This document shows positions 9,726 to 19,106 of a DNA stretch of 64,000 bases, in pieces (the first letter of the stretch is position 1; each line of letters opens with the position of its first letter). The position numbers were made by a program, and so were the translations under genes. Where the stretch lies: positions 15,914 to 79,913 of the forward strand of contig JBBDIP010000044.1 in NCBI GenBank assembly GCA_040880305.1. Direction: 5' to 3'. Under the pieces are notes generated by a model, which made no database searches, had not been told where the DNA came from, and saw nothing but the letters and a program-made list of their open reading frames with translations. Source of the DNA: Bacillota bacterium. GTDB taxonomy: Bacteria > Bacillota > Sulfobacillia > Fermentithermobacillales > Fermentithermobacillaceae.

Positions 9726-10901
9726 CTACATTCCGTATACCTTCTTGCCCTCGATGAACACCTGCTCCACCTTGGACCTCACCCTGAACGGGTGGCCCGA
9801 CCACACCACGAAGTCCGCGTCCTTGCCCGCGTCCAAGCTGCCGACCCTGTCCTGCACGCCGAGGGTTTCGGCGGGAGTTAGGGTGACGGCGCGAAGGGCG
9901 TCCTCCTCACGCATCCCGTTAGCCCAGGCCAGTCCGGCCGCAGTGGAAAGGAACTGGATTGGGTGGAAGGGGTGGTCGCTGATGATGCTGACGCGGCACC
10001 CTGCTTTGGCCAGCACGCCGGGGGTCTCCACCGTGATGTTCAGCGTCTCGATCTTTGCCCTGTGCCACATGCTGGGGCCGACGTTTACCTTGGCCTTCCG
10101 CTTGCCCAGGAACTCGGCGACGGTGATGCCGTCGGTGCAGTGCTCGATGGAGAAGTCGATGTCGAACTCCTCGGCTATCCGCACTGCGGTCACGATGTCG
10201 TCGGCGCGGTGGGCGTGGACGCGGAGCGGGATCTCCCGATGCAGGACCTTCAAGAGGCCCAGCATGCCGAGGTCGGTGTCGGGGATCTTGGTGGCGTCCT
10301 TCTCTCCGGCCGCGACCTTGCGCTCGTAGTCTCGCGCCTTGAGGAAAGCGGCGCGGAGCACTGACGCGTTACCCATGCGCGTGGCCGGCATTTTGTTCTG
10401 GCGGCCGTAGGCGCCCTTGGGGTTTTCGCCGAGGGCGGCCTTCATGCCGCTGGGGTTTCGTACTATCATCTCGTCGACCAGGCATCCCGCGGTCTTCACC
10501 ACGACCTGCTCGCCGCCAATAATGTTGCCCGAGCCGGGCGTAATCTGGATTGTCGTGAGCCCGCCCGACCTGGCGTCGGCGAAAGCCGTGTGGTCGGGCC
10601 AAATGGAGTCGATGACTCGGACTTCCGGCGTGACGGGGTTGGTGGATTCATTGCCGTCGTGCTCTGGCTGACCGTACCACTCGCCCCAGATGCCGACGTG
10701 GGTGTGCTCGTCGATGAGCCCGGGGAGCAGGACCTTACCGGTGAGGTCAATCACTTGGGCCTCGCTCGGGATGGGGACGGCGTCTCCTGCTGCCACTATC
10801 TTGCCGCCGCTAACCAGGAGGACGCCCTTCTCGAGGGGCGGCCTGGATACCGGGTACATCTTGGCGTTGACGTAGGCGATCATCTTGCCTTCGTTGCTCA
10901 A
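9726..10901 (-). CDS. Metal-dependent amidohydrolase family protein (paralogue 1)
   Basis: It has the amidohydrolase HxH metal motif (LIDEHTHVGIWGE) and an overall TIM-barrel amidohydrolase pattern. Confidence 0.8.
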   Translation of the reverse strand: MSNEGKMIAYVNAKMYPVSRPPLEKGVLLVSGGKIVAAGDAVPIPSEAQVIDLTGKVLLPGLIDEHTHVGIWGEWYGQPEHDGNESTNPVTPEVRVIDSIWPDHTAFADARSGGLTTIQITPGSGNIIGGEQVVVKTAGCLVDEMIVRNPSGMKAALGENPKGAYGRQNKMPATRMGNASVLRAAFLKARDYERKVAAGEKDATKIPDTDLGMLGLLKVLHREIPLRVHAHRADDIVTAVRIAEEFDIDFSIEHCTDGITVAEFLGKRKAKVNVGPSMWHRAKIETLNITVETPGVLAKAGCRVSIISDHPFHPIQFLSTAAGLAWANGMREEDALRAVTLTPAETLGVQDRVGSLDAGKDADFVVWSGHPFRVRSKVEQVFIEGKKVYGM

Positions 10902-12214
10902 AGCAGGTCACCGCCTTTCGCAGGCCCGAGATCGACTTGCTTTCCATCTATGAAAGTGAACTCGGCCTTAGCGTCGTACTCGAATGGGTCCTTTGACCAG
11001 ACGACCAAGTCGGCGTCTTTTCCTACTTCGATGGAGCCCACGCGGTCAGCCACCCCGGCGATTTCTGCCGCATACCGGGTGATGGCCAGGAGGGCACGCT
11101 CTTCGTCCATGCCTTCGCGGATCGCCAAGCCGGCGCAGATGCGCAGGTACTGGATGGGGAGGACCGGGTGGTCGGTGATGATGGCCATTTTGATGCCCGC
11201 CTTGGAGACTGCAACGGGGGCGGCGAACCCGATATCCCTGACCTCAAGTTTGCTCTTGTCAGTCAAGGACGGGCCCATAGTCACGGGGATGCCGGTCGGC
11301 AGCACCTGGTCGACCACCTTGTCGCCCTCCGTGAAGTGCTCGAGGGATATGTTGATGTCGAACTCCTTTGCGATACGCAGGGCGGTCATAATGTCGTCAG
11401 CCCTGTGTACGTGGACGCGAAGCGGGATCTCCTTTCGCAGCACCCGAACGACCGACTCGTGGCGCAGGTTCATCTCGGGCACTTTGTCGGGGTCCGTGGC
11501 CTGCTCCTTCTTGCGTATGTAGTCCCTGGCCGCAAGGAGTGCCTTTCTCATCACCGCGGCGTTCCCCATGCGGGTCGCGGGGGTCTTATGCTGTGATCCA
11601 TAAGACCTCTTGGGGTTCTCGCCCAGGGCCGCCTTGAGTCCGCTGGGGCGCTTCACTATCAGGTCTTCTACCACGGAGCTGCCCCACGTCTTCATCACCA
11701 GCGTTTCGCCGCCGATGATGTTGGCGCTGCCGGGATCCACCTGCACGCAAGTGATCCCCGCGGCTACGGCGTCCTTGTAGGCGATGTCTTTGGGGTTGAT
11801 GCCGTCCAGCGCCCTGACCTCGGCGGTGACCGGGTCGGTGGTCTCGTTTCCGTCGGAGCCGGCCCAGCCGGCGCCGTCCTCTTCGATGCCGATATGGCAG
11901 TGAGCGTCGATGAACCCCGGAGTGACGATCTTGCCCTCGGCGTCAATGACGCGGTAGCCGGCGGGCACGGGGACGTCCCGGCCTACCGCTGTGATCTTAC
12001 CGTCACGGAAAAGGACAGTCCCACCCTCAATAACGGCAGGAATCGTGCGGCCGTCGCTGGCGGTGAGGATGCGCGCGTTCTTTATGGCAACGGGTGTCAA
12101 ATGGGTCTTCCCTCCTCTTTCATAGGGATTCAGTATAACGGCGGTCATATCCTTCCCGGCCCTAGGCACCCCAAACCCGCTCTGAAGGTGTAGTCCTGTC
12201 CTGTAGCGAACCAC
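10898..12214 (-). CDS. Metal-dependent amidohydrolase family protein (paralogue 2, with N-terminal extension)
   Basis: Motif GFIDAHCHIGIEE. It is clearly homologous to the downstream paralogue, and the two genes overlap by 4 nt. Confidence 0.8.
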   Translation of the reverse strand: MVRYRTGLHLQSGFGVPRAGKDMTAVILNPYERGGKTHLTPVAIKNARILTASDGRTIPAVIEGGTVLFRDGKITAVGRDVPVPAGYRVIDAEGKIVTPGFIDAHCHIGIEEDGAGWAGSDGNETTDPVTAEVRALDGINPKDIAYKDAVAAGITCVQVDPGSANIIGGETLVMKTWGSSVVEDLIVKRPSGLKAALGENPKRSYGSQHKTPATRMGNAAVMRKALLAARDYIRKKEQATDPDKVPEMNLRHESVVRVLRKEIPLRVHVHRADDIMTALRIAKEFDINISLEHFTEGDKVVDQVLPTGIPVTMGPSLTDKSKLEVRDIGFAAPVAVSKAGIKMAIITDHPVLPIQYLRICAGLAIREGMDEERALLAITRYAAEIAGVADRVGSIEVGKDADLVVWSKDPFEYDAKAEFTFIDGKQVDLGPAKGGDLL

Positions 12215-12297
12215 TTGGGAGCAGGCCGGGGTAAGCTCCGGTTTACGAGCGACCTGGAGGGGGGAACGGGTCCGGCGCCGCGCGCCGACTCTCTATT

Positions 12298-12924
12298 ATG
12301 GTAACCTTCTACGTGATACGCCACGGTGAAACCGAGGCCAACCGGGGCGGCATCTTCCAGGGTCATATGGACGTGCCCCTTTCCGATAAGGGCCGGAAAC
12401 AGGCCGAACTGGTCGCCAAGGCGCTCCAGGACATCCACTTCGACGCAGTCTACACCAGCGATCTGTCGCGGGCCGCCGAGACCGCCCGGGCGATCATGAA
12501 ATATCACGACTGCAGCCTGATTGCTGATCGAAGGCTGCGGGAGCTCCACGGCGGCGAGCTCCAAGGCCTCACCCAGAAGCAGGTATCGCTGAACTACCCC
12601 GAATTCGACCGGGCGTTTTCGGCGGATCGCTACAATACCCGCCGCCCTGGGGGCGAATCCTTCGCCGACCTCGACCAACGAGTGGCGAGGGCCATGGAGG
12701 ATATCCAGCACTGGCACGCCGATCGCCCCGGCGGAGCGACCGTCGCAGTGGTGAGTCACGGTGGGGCCATCCGCAGCATGCTGAAGACGACCGATCCTGA
12801 TCCCCTGCTAATAGGGCGGGTCGTGGGCAACTGCACGATCTCGGTCTTGGAGTGCGATGGAAGCACCTGGCAGACTGTGAAAGTTGGCGAGGGAGACCAC
12901 CTCCTGTGCCAGGGGGAGGAGTGA
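12298..12924 (+). CDS. Histidine phosphatase family protein (phosphoglycerate mutase-like)
   Basis: Motif VIRHGETEANRGGIFQGHMDVPLSDKGRKQA (the RHG catalytic motif). Confidence 0.8.
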   Translation: MVTFYVIRHGETEANRGGIFQGHMDVPLSDKGRKQAELVAKALQDIHFDAVYTSDLSRAAETARAIMKYHDCSLIADRRLRELHGGELQGLTQKQVSLNYPEFDRAFSADRYNTRRPGGESFADLDQRVARAMEDIQHWHADRPGGATVAVVSHGGAIRSMLKTTDPDPLLIGRVVGNCTISVLECDGSTWQTVKVGEGDHLLCQGEE

Positions 12925-12927
12925 CGC

Positions 12928-14260
12928 ATGGCTGGCAGTCGCGAGTGGATTGACCGGGGCGACCGCCTCATATCGCCTGCGGCGCGAATCCCTTACTATC
13001 CTCTTGTCGTGAAATCGGGGCACGGCGCGACCATTGAGGACTCGGATGGCCATACCTATCTGGACTTCCTCTCGGCGGCCTGCATCTGCAACACGGGGCA
13101 CAGCCATCCCAAGGTAGTTGAGGCCGTAAAGAAGCAGGCAGACAAGCTTTTGCACTACAACTTGGCCTACGCGTACACCGAGGAAGCGGTCGAACTGGCC
13201 GAGGAACTCTGCCGCATATCCCCCGGCTCATACCGGAAGAGAATTGCTTTCGGGCAGTGACGCCAATGACTGCGCCATCAAACTGGTCAGGCAAGCCACA
13301 CGGCGTCCTCTGGTCATCTCTTACCTGCGCTCCTACCACGGCGTGACGTACGGCGCGCTCTCTTTGTCGGCGGTGAGCCTGCCTATGAGGCAGTACATGG
13401 GCCCCACGCTCCCGGGCGTGTTCCACGCCCCCTACCCTGACTGCTACAGGTGCCAGTTTGGCGGCAAACCCGAGACTTGCGCTCTGGGGTGTCTGGCCGC
13501 GCTAACTAACCTATTCGAGACAACCTGCCCGCCGCAGGAAGTGGCGGGGATAATCATTGAGCCAATCCAAGGCGATTCCGGCATCATCGTGCCGCCGGAC
13601 AGGTACATGGTCGGCCTTCGCAGTCTTTGCGACTCCCACGGCATCCTCCTGGTATCCGAGGAGGTCCAGAGCGGGTTCGGGAGGACAGGGCGCTGGTTTG
13701 CCATACAGAAGTGGCCGCTTGAACCTGACGTCACCGTGATGGGGAAGGCCATTGCGTCGGGCATGCCGCTATCCGCGGTAGTCGGACGCGCGGAGCTATT
13801 TGAGGGCTGGGAGGCTCCAGGCCACGCCCTATCCACCAGCGCTAACCCCGTCTCGTGCGCCGCGTCCCTGGCGACCATCCGGGTTGTCGAGGAAGAAGGC
13901 CTGCTGCAGCGGGCGCGAGAGAGCGGAGAGTACCTCAAATCCGGTTTCGCCCACCTTGCGGAGCGTCACCGCCTGATCGGCGACGTCCGTGGAGAGGGGC
14001 TCATGCTCGGCGTAGACTTGGTCCTGGACAGGGATACCAGGCAGAGGGCCGCAAACGAGACCGCCAAGGTGGCGTTCGCCGCCTGGCAGCGTGGGCTCTT
14101 CATTACCTTCTTTTCCAGGTCGGTCCTGCGCATCGCGCCTCCGCTCGTGGTAACGAGATCCGAGATGGACAAGGCGCTGGAGATCCTCGACGAATCGCTG
14201 GCGGCAGTTGAAGAGGGTAAGGTCGATGACAGCGTGCTCAGCACAGTGAAAGGATGGTAG
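12928..14260 (+). pseudogene. Class-III (PLP-dependent) aminotransferase interrupted by a +1 frameshift near 13244-13260
   Basis: The 5' ORF (12928-13260, frame 1) ends ...SYRKRIAFGQ*. The 3' ORF (13244-14260, frame 2) resumes LLSGSDANDCAIKL..., which is the conserved SGS(E/D)AN motif. Together they form one aminotransferase (including IIEPIQGDSGIIVPP). Confidence 0.6.
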
Positions 14261-14299
14261 GGGTGCCGAAAGGGTTCAAGGCAGTCCTCTTCGATCTTC

Positions 14300-16234
14300 C
14301 TACACAGTTCTCTCTCTTGTCCTCGGCGTCTTGACCCAGTTCTTGGGCTCCTTGCCCAGCGCCTTGAGCACCAGCGCTGAGGTGAAAGGCACTGGGAACA
14401 GGAATGCGGCCAGAGGCAGGATCAAAAGGCCCACCAGGACTCCTGCTTGTCCCAGAAGCGTATCGGGCTCGTGGGACCTGTCGAAGTACGGCCGGTAGCG
14501 GGCGAAGGCGTAGAACGTGAACGAGAAGTAGATGACCGAGAAGAACATGAGGAGCCAGCGCGCCGGAGCGGGGACCGCCGTCTCGTCCAGCATCTGCGAG
14601 TACTGGAGCACAAGCGCGATGGGGGGCACGAAGGTCGCCATCTGGTAGACGACCCACTCGAACTGCCCCTTCAGGATAAGGTGGAAAAGCAGCTCGCGGC
14701 GCCGGTCCTCAGGGACGAACCTTGTATTAGCAACTTTGTCTACCACCTGGAGGTGGCCGGTCGCCCATCGTAGCCTCTGCCTGAAGAACGCCTTGTAGTT
14801 GGGCGGTGTCTGCTCGCTCGAAGGATAGGGGAGGTACTGCGGCCAGGCCCCTGTCTGGAGGTAGGCCCTGGTGCCGAACTCGAGGTCCTCAGTGAGACCG
14901 CCGTAGTCCCAGCCTCCAAGGCTCTCGAGCAGGCGCCGGTCCACGAAAAGATTGGTGCCGCCGACGAAAGGAAGGGTCCTGAACAGCCAGGGCAAGTACC
15001 AGTCGTGGGCCACGGCCTGGTATAGGCTGGCTATCCTGCAGAATAGCCCCATCTGGTAGAAGTTGCGGACCTGAAACACCGGGCCCTGGAAGATGCGCGC
15101 GTTCCCGGGGTCAAGCAACCGGCGGTAGGCGACGTAGGCTATGGCGTCCTGGTGCGGCCTGGACTCGGCGTCGTAGAACCCGCACGCCTCGGACCTGGGA
15201 TCCAGATAACGGAGGACCCAGTTGAGGGCACGTCCCTTGGTCGAGGGCACTGTATGCCCGGTCCTGCTGCCGTTCCACTTCCCGTCGTAGTCGTTGGGGA
15301 CAATGATGTGCTTGACCTGGGGCTTGTCCTCATCGGGCTCCGCCAGGATCCTATCCAGGACCTCCTGGGTGGTGGGATGCAGCCTCACCAGGGCGTCCAT
15401 CATCTCGCCGTTGAAACGCTCCTTGCCCACTATCCGCAACTTGCCTGCGGCCTCCAGGCGGATGGCCTCAATGGCGTCAAGAGAGAAGTCGGGCAGGAGC
15501 GCCGCCCGTAGCCAATCTCGACCCTTTTGGCCGGCGGGCTCCTCCCAATGTATCAGCGTCTGGTACAGAGCGAACACGTTGTTGACCAGCGAACCCAGGT
15601 CGGGCGCCGACGACAGGATCTCCGCAGCCAATCTGGGGTCTTCCTCTGCTGTCCTGCAAAGCTCGAAGACGCGGTTCGCGTCGGAGACGGGCGAGCACAG
15701 GTAGGCGAGGGCGTAGAGCAGGATTGAGCGGTACTGCTCATCCTCATCGGCTTCAGCAGGACCTGCCTCAGGCGACGTCCTGCCCGCGATAGCCCGTCGA
15801 AGCCTGGATATGACCTTCTTCCTCACGGTCCTGGCCCTAATCACTTCTTTCTCGTCGGTGACGACCAGGACCTCGAAACGGTCTTTCGGGTACTGCAGTC
15901 CGGATATGTGCCGGACGGTGTTCTCGATGACGTCAGATTCATCCCTTGCAGGGATAATGATACTGACGAAGGGGACTTCCCGGCCCATGACCGTGCACAG
16001 GTCTTCAATCACTGGAGTGGAGAGGACGGGGCGCTTCTGCCAGAAGTTTTTCTGCGTGTATCTTCTCCAAACGTAGAAACGCAGGAAAAGGATGAAGAAG
16101 ACGATGTAGACGGAATAGACGAACAAGTAAAGCGCGCGTGGTACACTCAAGCCGAACCCCTCCCCTAAAGACCAATCAAATATAACCTCAGTTGCCGAGA
16201 TGTCAAGTTGTGTCCTAATCCTAAGGGGCGCCAC
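14300..16234 (-). CDS. Integral-membrane processive family-2 glycosyltransferase (cellulose/chitin/hyaluronan synthase-like) with a ~220 aa insertion in the catalytic domain
   Basis: The GT2 motifs appear in order: IIIPARDES / VVTDEKE, then STKGRALNWVL, then YDAESRP, then GGTNLFVDRR / TEDLEFG, then QRLRWATG (the QxxRW processivity motif). N-terminal and C-terminal TM helices are present. Confidence 0.8.
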   Translation of the reverse strand: MAPLRIRTQLDISATEVIFDWSLGEGFGLSVPRALYLFVYSVYIVFFILFLRFYVWRRYTQKNFWQKRPVLSTPVIEDLCTVMGREVPFVSIIIPARDESDVIENTVRHISGLQYPKDRFEVLVVTDEKEVIRARTVRKKVISRLRRAIAGRTSPEAGPAEADEDEQYRSILLYALAYLCSPVSDANRVFELCRTAEEDPRLAAEILSSAPDLGSLVNNVFALYQTLIHWEEPAGQKGRDWLRAALLPDFSLDAIEAIRLEAAGKLRIVGKERFNGEMMDALVRLHPTTQEVLDRILAEPDEDKPQVKHIIVPNDYDGKWNGSRTGHTVPSTKGRALNWVLRYLDPRSEACGFYDAESRPHQDAIAYVAYRRLLDPGNARIFQGPVFQVRNFYQMGLFCRIASLYQAVAHDWYLPWLFRTLPFVGGTNLFVDRRLLESLGGWDYGGLTEDLEFGTRAYLQTGAWPQYLPYPSSEQTPPNYKAFFRQRLRWATGHLQVVDKVANTRFVPEDRRRELLFHLILKGQFEWVVYQMATFVPPIALVLQYSQMLDETAVPAPARWLLMFFSVIYFSFTFYAFARYRPYFDRSHEPDTLLGQAGVLVGLLILPLAAFLFPVPFTSALVLKALGKEPKNWVKTPRTRERTV

Positions 16235-16273
16235 GCAGGCGCCCCTTCCTTCCGGTCCCGGTAAAGGATGTCC

Positions 16274-16789
16274 CTAGTGCTGTCTCATAGTAATCGAACC
16301 ATGCAAGCATTCTCCGGAAACGGTCGATACGGTGCAAAGGCCTGCGCAAGCCGTGAAATTCCTCCGGATACCGCACCATGACAGCGGTCTTGCCCAGCCG
16401 TCGAGTTCCTGCCCGTCCCGCGCCGTGTAGCTGAACTTCTCGGCCGCGCCCGTCGCCAGTGTTTCCATGAACTCGTCGTTTGTCGAGGTCAGCCTCTTCT
16501 CCACGCCATCCTTAAGGACGAACACATCCTCACGCGCAGCTGGGGTTGATGACCGGTACGCCAACACGCCGTCCATCACATCATAGCCCGAGATCGGGCG
16601 TCCGTGTCGCCGTCCCAGTTCAGGGAGGGTCCAGAGCCGCCGTACCTGGGCTCGGCCCCGGCCGGCCTGCCTGTCGAGGTGGGCGGTCAGGTTGACTGAG
16701 TCCTTCACTGTGAAGGGGACAGGAGAACCCGCGTCCCCAGAACATTTGAGGTTGAAAACGTCTTCGGCAGTAAAAGGACGTCTGGTCAA
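16274..16789 (-). CDS. Hypothetical protein, possibly a truncated N-terminal fragment of a peptidase S9 beta-propeller protein
   Basis: RPFTAEDVFNLK...DVFVLKDGVEKRLTS resembles the N-terminal repeats of acylaminoacyl/dipeptidyl peptidases. The ORF stops after 171 aa, 40 nt before the GT2 start. Confidence 0.35.
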   Translation of the reverse strand: MTRRPFTAEDVFNLKCSGDAGSPVPFTVKDSVNLTAHLDRQAGRGRAQVRRLWTLPELGRRHGRPISGYDVMDGVLAYRSSTPAAREDVFVLKDGVEKRLTSTNDEFMETLATGAAEKFSYTARDGQELDGWARPLSWCGIRRNFTACAGLCTVSTVSGECLHGSITMRQH

Positions 16790-16974
16790 ACCCTTTCCTC
16801 CTCGATATGCTAGACTCGGGTTCTACGGGCTGCGAAAACTTCGATAGCCGTGGTGGACACACATTCAGGCGTCGCGGCGCGGATGCAGGAAATCCCCGCT
16901 CGCATCGCCAATGAACTTGAATTGGGATCACGCCGGCTGGTTTAGGTCCAGGCGGCCCTGGGGGTAGACCTTTA

Positions 16975-18615
16975 ATGAAGGAACTTATCTTCGGCCTTAT
17001 CGGCGGCACGGCTCTACTCATGTACGGTGTGAACAAGATGGGCGAGGGCCTGGAGAAGGCCTCGGGCGAGATGATGCGCAAGATCCTCACAGTGCTTACG
17101 GGAAGGGTCTGGAGCGCGTTCCTCGTGGGCACTTTCCTCACCGCACTGGTGCAGAGCAGCACGGCCATCACCGTATTGACCGTGGGCTTCGTGAACGCTG
17201 GGCTCATGAAGCTGCCGCAAGCGATCGGCATCATATACGGCGCAAACATCGGAACAACCATCACCGCCCAACTAATGGCGTTCAGCTTCCATTTCAAGCT
17301 GACCGACATCGCTCTCCCGGTCCTTGGGATAGGCTTCGCCATCAGTTTCCTGCCAAAAAACAGGACGCTCCGCAACGTCGGAGACGCCATCATGGGATTC
17401 GGCATGATGTTCCTGGGTCTCAAGATACTAAACTCGGGCGTGCCCTTCATGCAGAGCGACCCCACCCTCCGCAGTTTCTTCCTCAAATACGCGTCCGTCC
17501 CGGTGGTGGCCATCCTACTGGGAATCGTGGCCACGGCGGCGGTCCACAGCAGCGCCGCGACGGTTGGCCTGGTTATGGTGCTTGGGCAGGCCGGACTCAT
17601 CGACCTCAGGGCCGCCATCTGCATCATGTTCGGTGACAACATTGGCACGTGCATCACTGCCCAGCTGGCCAGCGTCCAGGGCAACATACACGCGAGGCGC
17701 ACCGCCTGGGCCCATACCCTCTACAACATCATAGGCGTGGTGATCGCCTGGTTCGCCCTGCCGTGGTTCGTGGATCTGATCGCGGTCGCCACCGACTACC
17801 TGCAGCCCAGCGGAGGGATCGCCGCGCAGATCGCAAACTCCCACACTCTGTTTAACGTCCTGTCGGCGGTCGTGTTTCTGCCGATAACCGGACACTACGT
17901 GAGATTCCTGGAGACAGTCATCCACGGCAAAGAGGAGGACCAGGAGGTCACCCCGGTCTTCACAGACAAGCTGCTGTTGGACACGCCTGTTGCGGCCATG
18001 AAGGCGACCGTGCTGGAGGTTGCCAGGACTGCCGGCATCGCCAGGCGAATGCTCGATGGGGTCATGCAGGGGTTTTACAATAACGACGTCGACAGGCTCG
18101 AGAAGGCTGAGCGGAACGAGCAGACTCTCAACGACATCCAGAAGCAGGTAACGCAGTATATCGTGGAGATCTCCAGAAGACCCCTCAACCATTTCGAGTC
18201 GGCCGCGGTGCCGCTTCTGATCTCGGGCATCAACAACGTGGAACGCATAGGCGACCACTCTCTCAGCCTCTCTTTGCTGGCCCACGAGAAGATGGACAAA
18301 AACCTTGTCTTCAGCAAAGTAGCTTTGGATGACCTAAGGGGATTGCAGAGCATTATCTTCGAGATGTTTGACCGCACTATCAGTATCCTGGAGACGCGAG
18401 AGGGCTCGGGAGTCGCTGAAGTCAGCGCCATGGAGACGAAGATCGACGAGCTCTCCAGGCGGATACAGGCGGGACACGCCAGGAGGTTGGAGGAGGGAAA
18501 GTGCACGGTGGAGTCGGGCCTTATCTTCCTCGACGTCGTCAACTACCTGGAGAGGATCGCCGACCACATCTACAAGGTCTGCTCGCTGCTGGGTGACATA
18601 GCGAACGTGGTCTAG
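16975..18615 (+). CDS. Na+/phosphate cotransporter family protein (NptA/YjbB-like) with a C-terminal PhoU-like domain
   Basis: The N-terminus LIGGTALLMYGVNKMGEGLEKASGEMMRKIL...LVQSSTAIT is typical of the Na/Pi-II family. The C-terminal half is soluble. Confidence 0.85.
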   Translation: MKELIFGLIGGTALLMYGVNKMGEGLEKASGEMMRKILTVLTGRVWSAFLVGTFLTALVQSSTAITVLTVGFVNAGLMKLPQAIGIIYGANIGTTITAQLMAFSFHFKLTDIALPVLGIGFAISFLPKNRTLRNVGDAIMGFGMMFLGLKILNSGVPFMQSDPTLRSFFLKYASVPVVAILLGIVATAAVHSSAATVGLVMVLGQAGLIDLRAAICIMFGDNIGTCITAQLASVQGNIHARRTAWAHTLYNIIGVVIAWFALPWFVDLIAVATDYLQPSGGIAAQIANSHTLFNVLSAVVFLPITGHYVRFLETVIHGKEEDQEVTPVFTDKLLLDTPVAAMKATVLEVARTAGIARRMLDGVMQGFYNNDVDRLEKAERNEQTLNDIQKQVTQYIVEISRRPLNHFESAAVPLLISGINNVERIGDHSLSLSLLAHEKMDKNLVFSKVALDDLRGLQSIIFEMFDRTISILETREGSGVAEVSAMETKIDELSRRIQAGHARRLEEGKCTVESGLIFLDVVNYLERIADHIYKVCSLLGDIANVV

Positions 18616-18643
18616 CCACGCATATCCCAGCCAAGCGAATCAT

Positions 18644-18671
18644 GGGCCCTCCCGATGCGGGAGGGCTTTTT
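18644..18671 (+). terminator. Rho-independent terminator after the Na/Pi transporter gene
   Basis: GGGCCCTCCCGatgCGGGAGGGC followed by TTTTT. Confidence 0.55.
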
Positions 18672-18790
18672 AGCGGGAGGAATCTAGCCTGGCTTGCAGA
18701 ATAGCATATTAGTTGAACGAGTGCTCAAGTGTTTAAACGACACCCTGATAGGCAGTCTGGCCGAGGGAGAGGCGGAGGGGGCAGGAGACG

Positions 18791-19087
18791 GTGGACGAAT
18801 GGCGTGAACCCAGCGGGATTGACTACGTTGTTTCGCTTTTCAAGGCAATGGCCGACCGGACCAGGCTGTCGCTGCTCTACACGATCTCGCAAAATGAGTG
18901 GTGCGTCCACGACTTGGCATCCCTTCTCGGGACCTCGGTATCCAACGTCAGCCATCACCTTCGCCTTCTTCGCGCCATGCGGCTGGTCAAGTGCCGCCGT
19001 GACGGGAAGCGGGCGCTGTACTCACTGGACGACGAGCACGTCCAAAGTCTCCTTACTGAGGCGTTCAAGCACGCGAGCCACAACTAG
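18791..19087 (+). CDS. ArsR/SmtB-family metalloregulator
   Basis: A winged HTH is present (ADRTRLSLLYTISQNEWCVHDLASLLGTSVSNVSHHLRLLRAMRLV). The GTG start has a GGAGG-like RBS. It sits immediately upstream of the metal ATPase. Confidence 0.8.
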   Translation: MDEWREPSGIDYVVSLFKAMADRTRLSLLYTISQNEWCVHDLASLLGTSVSNVSHHLRLLRAMRLVKCRRDGKRALYSLDDEHVQSLLTEAFKHASHN

Positions 19088-19106
19088 AGAGAGCGGGGCG
19101 GCCATC

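Noticed and set aside
16620-17702. 360-aa minus-strand ORF
   Set aside because: It is antisense to the well-supported Na/Pi cotransporter gene (16975-18615) and overlaps the upstream intergenic region. It is a typical spurious long ORF in high-GC DNA.
18729-19106. N-terminal 125-aa extension of the P1B ATPase ORF in the track
   Set aside because: The frame is open by chance. The region is occupied by the arsR gene in a different frame, with its own RBS and stop at 19087.
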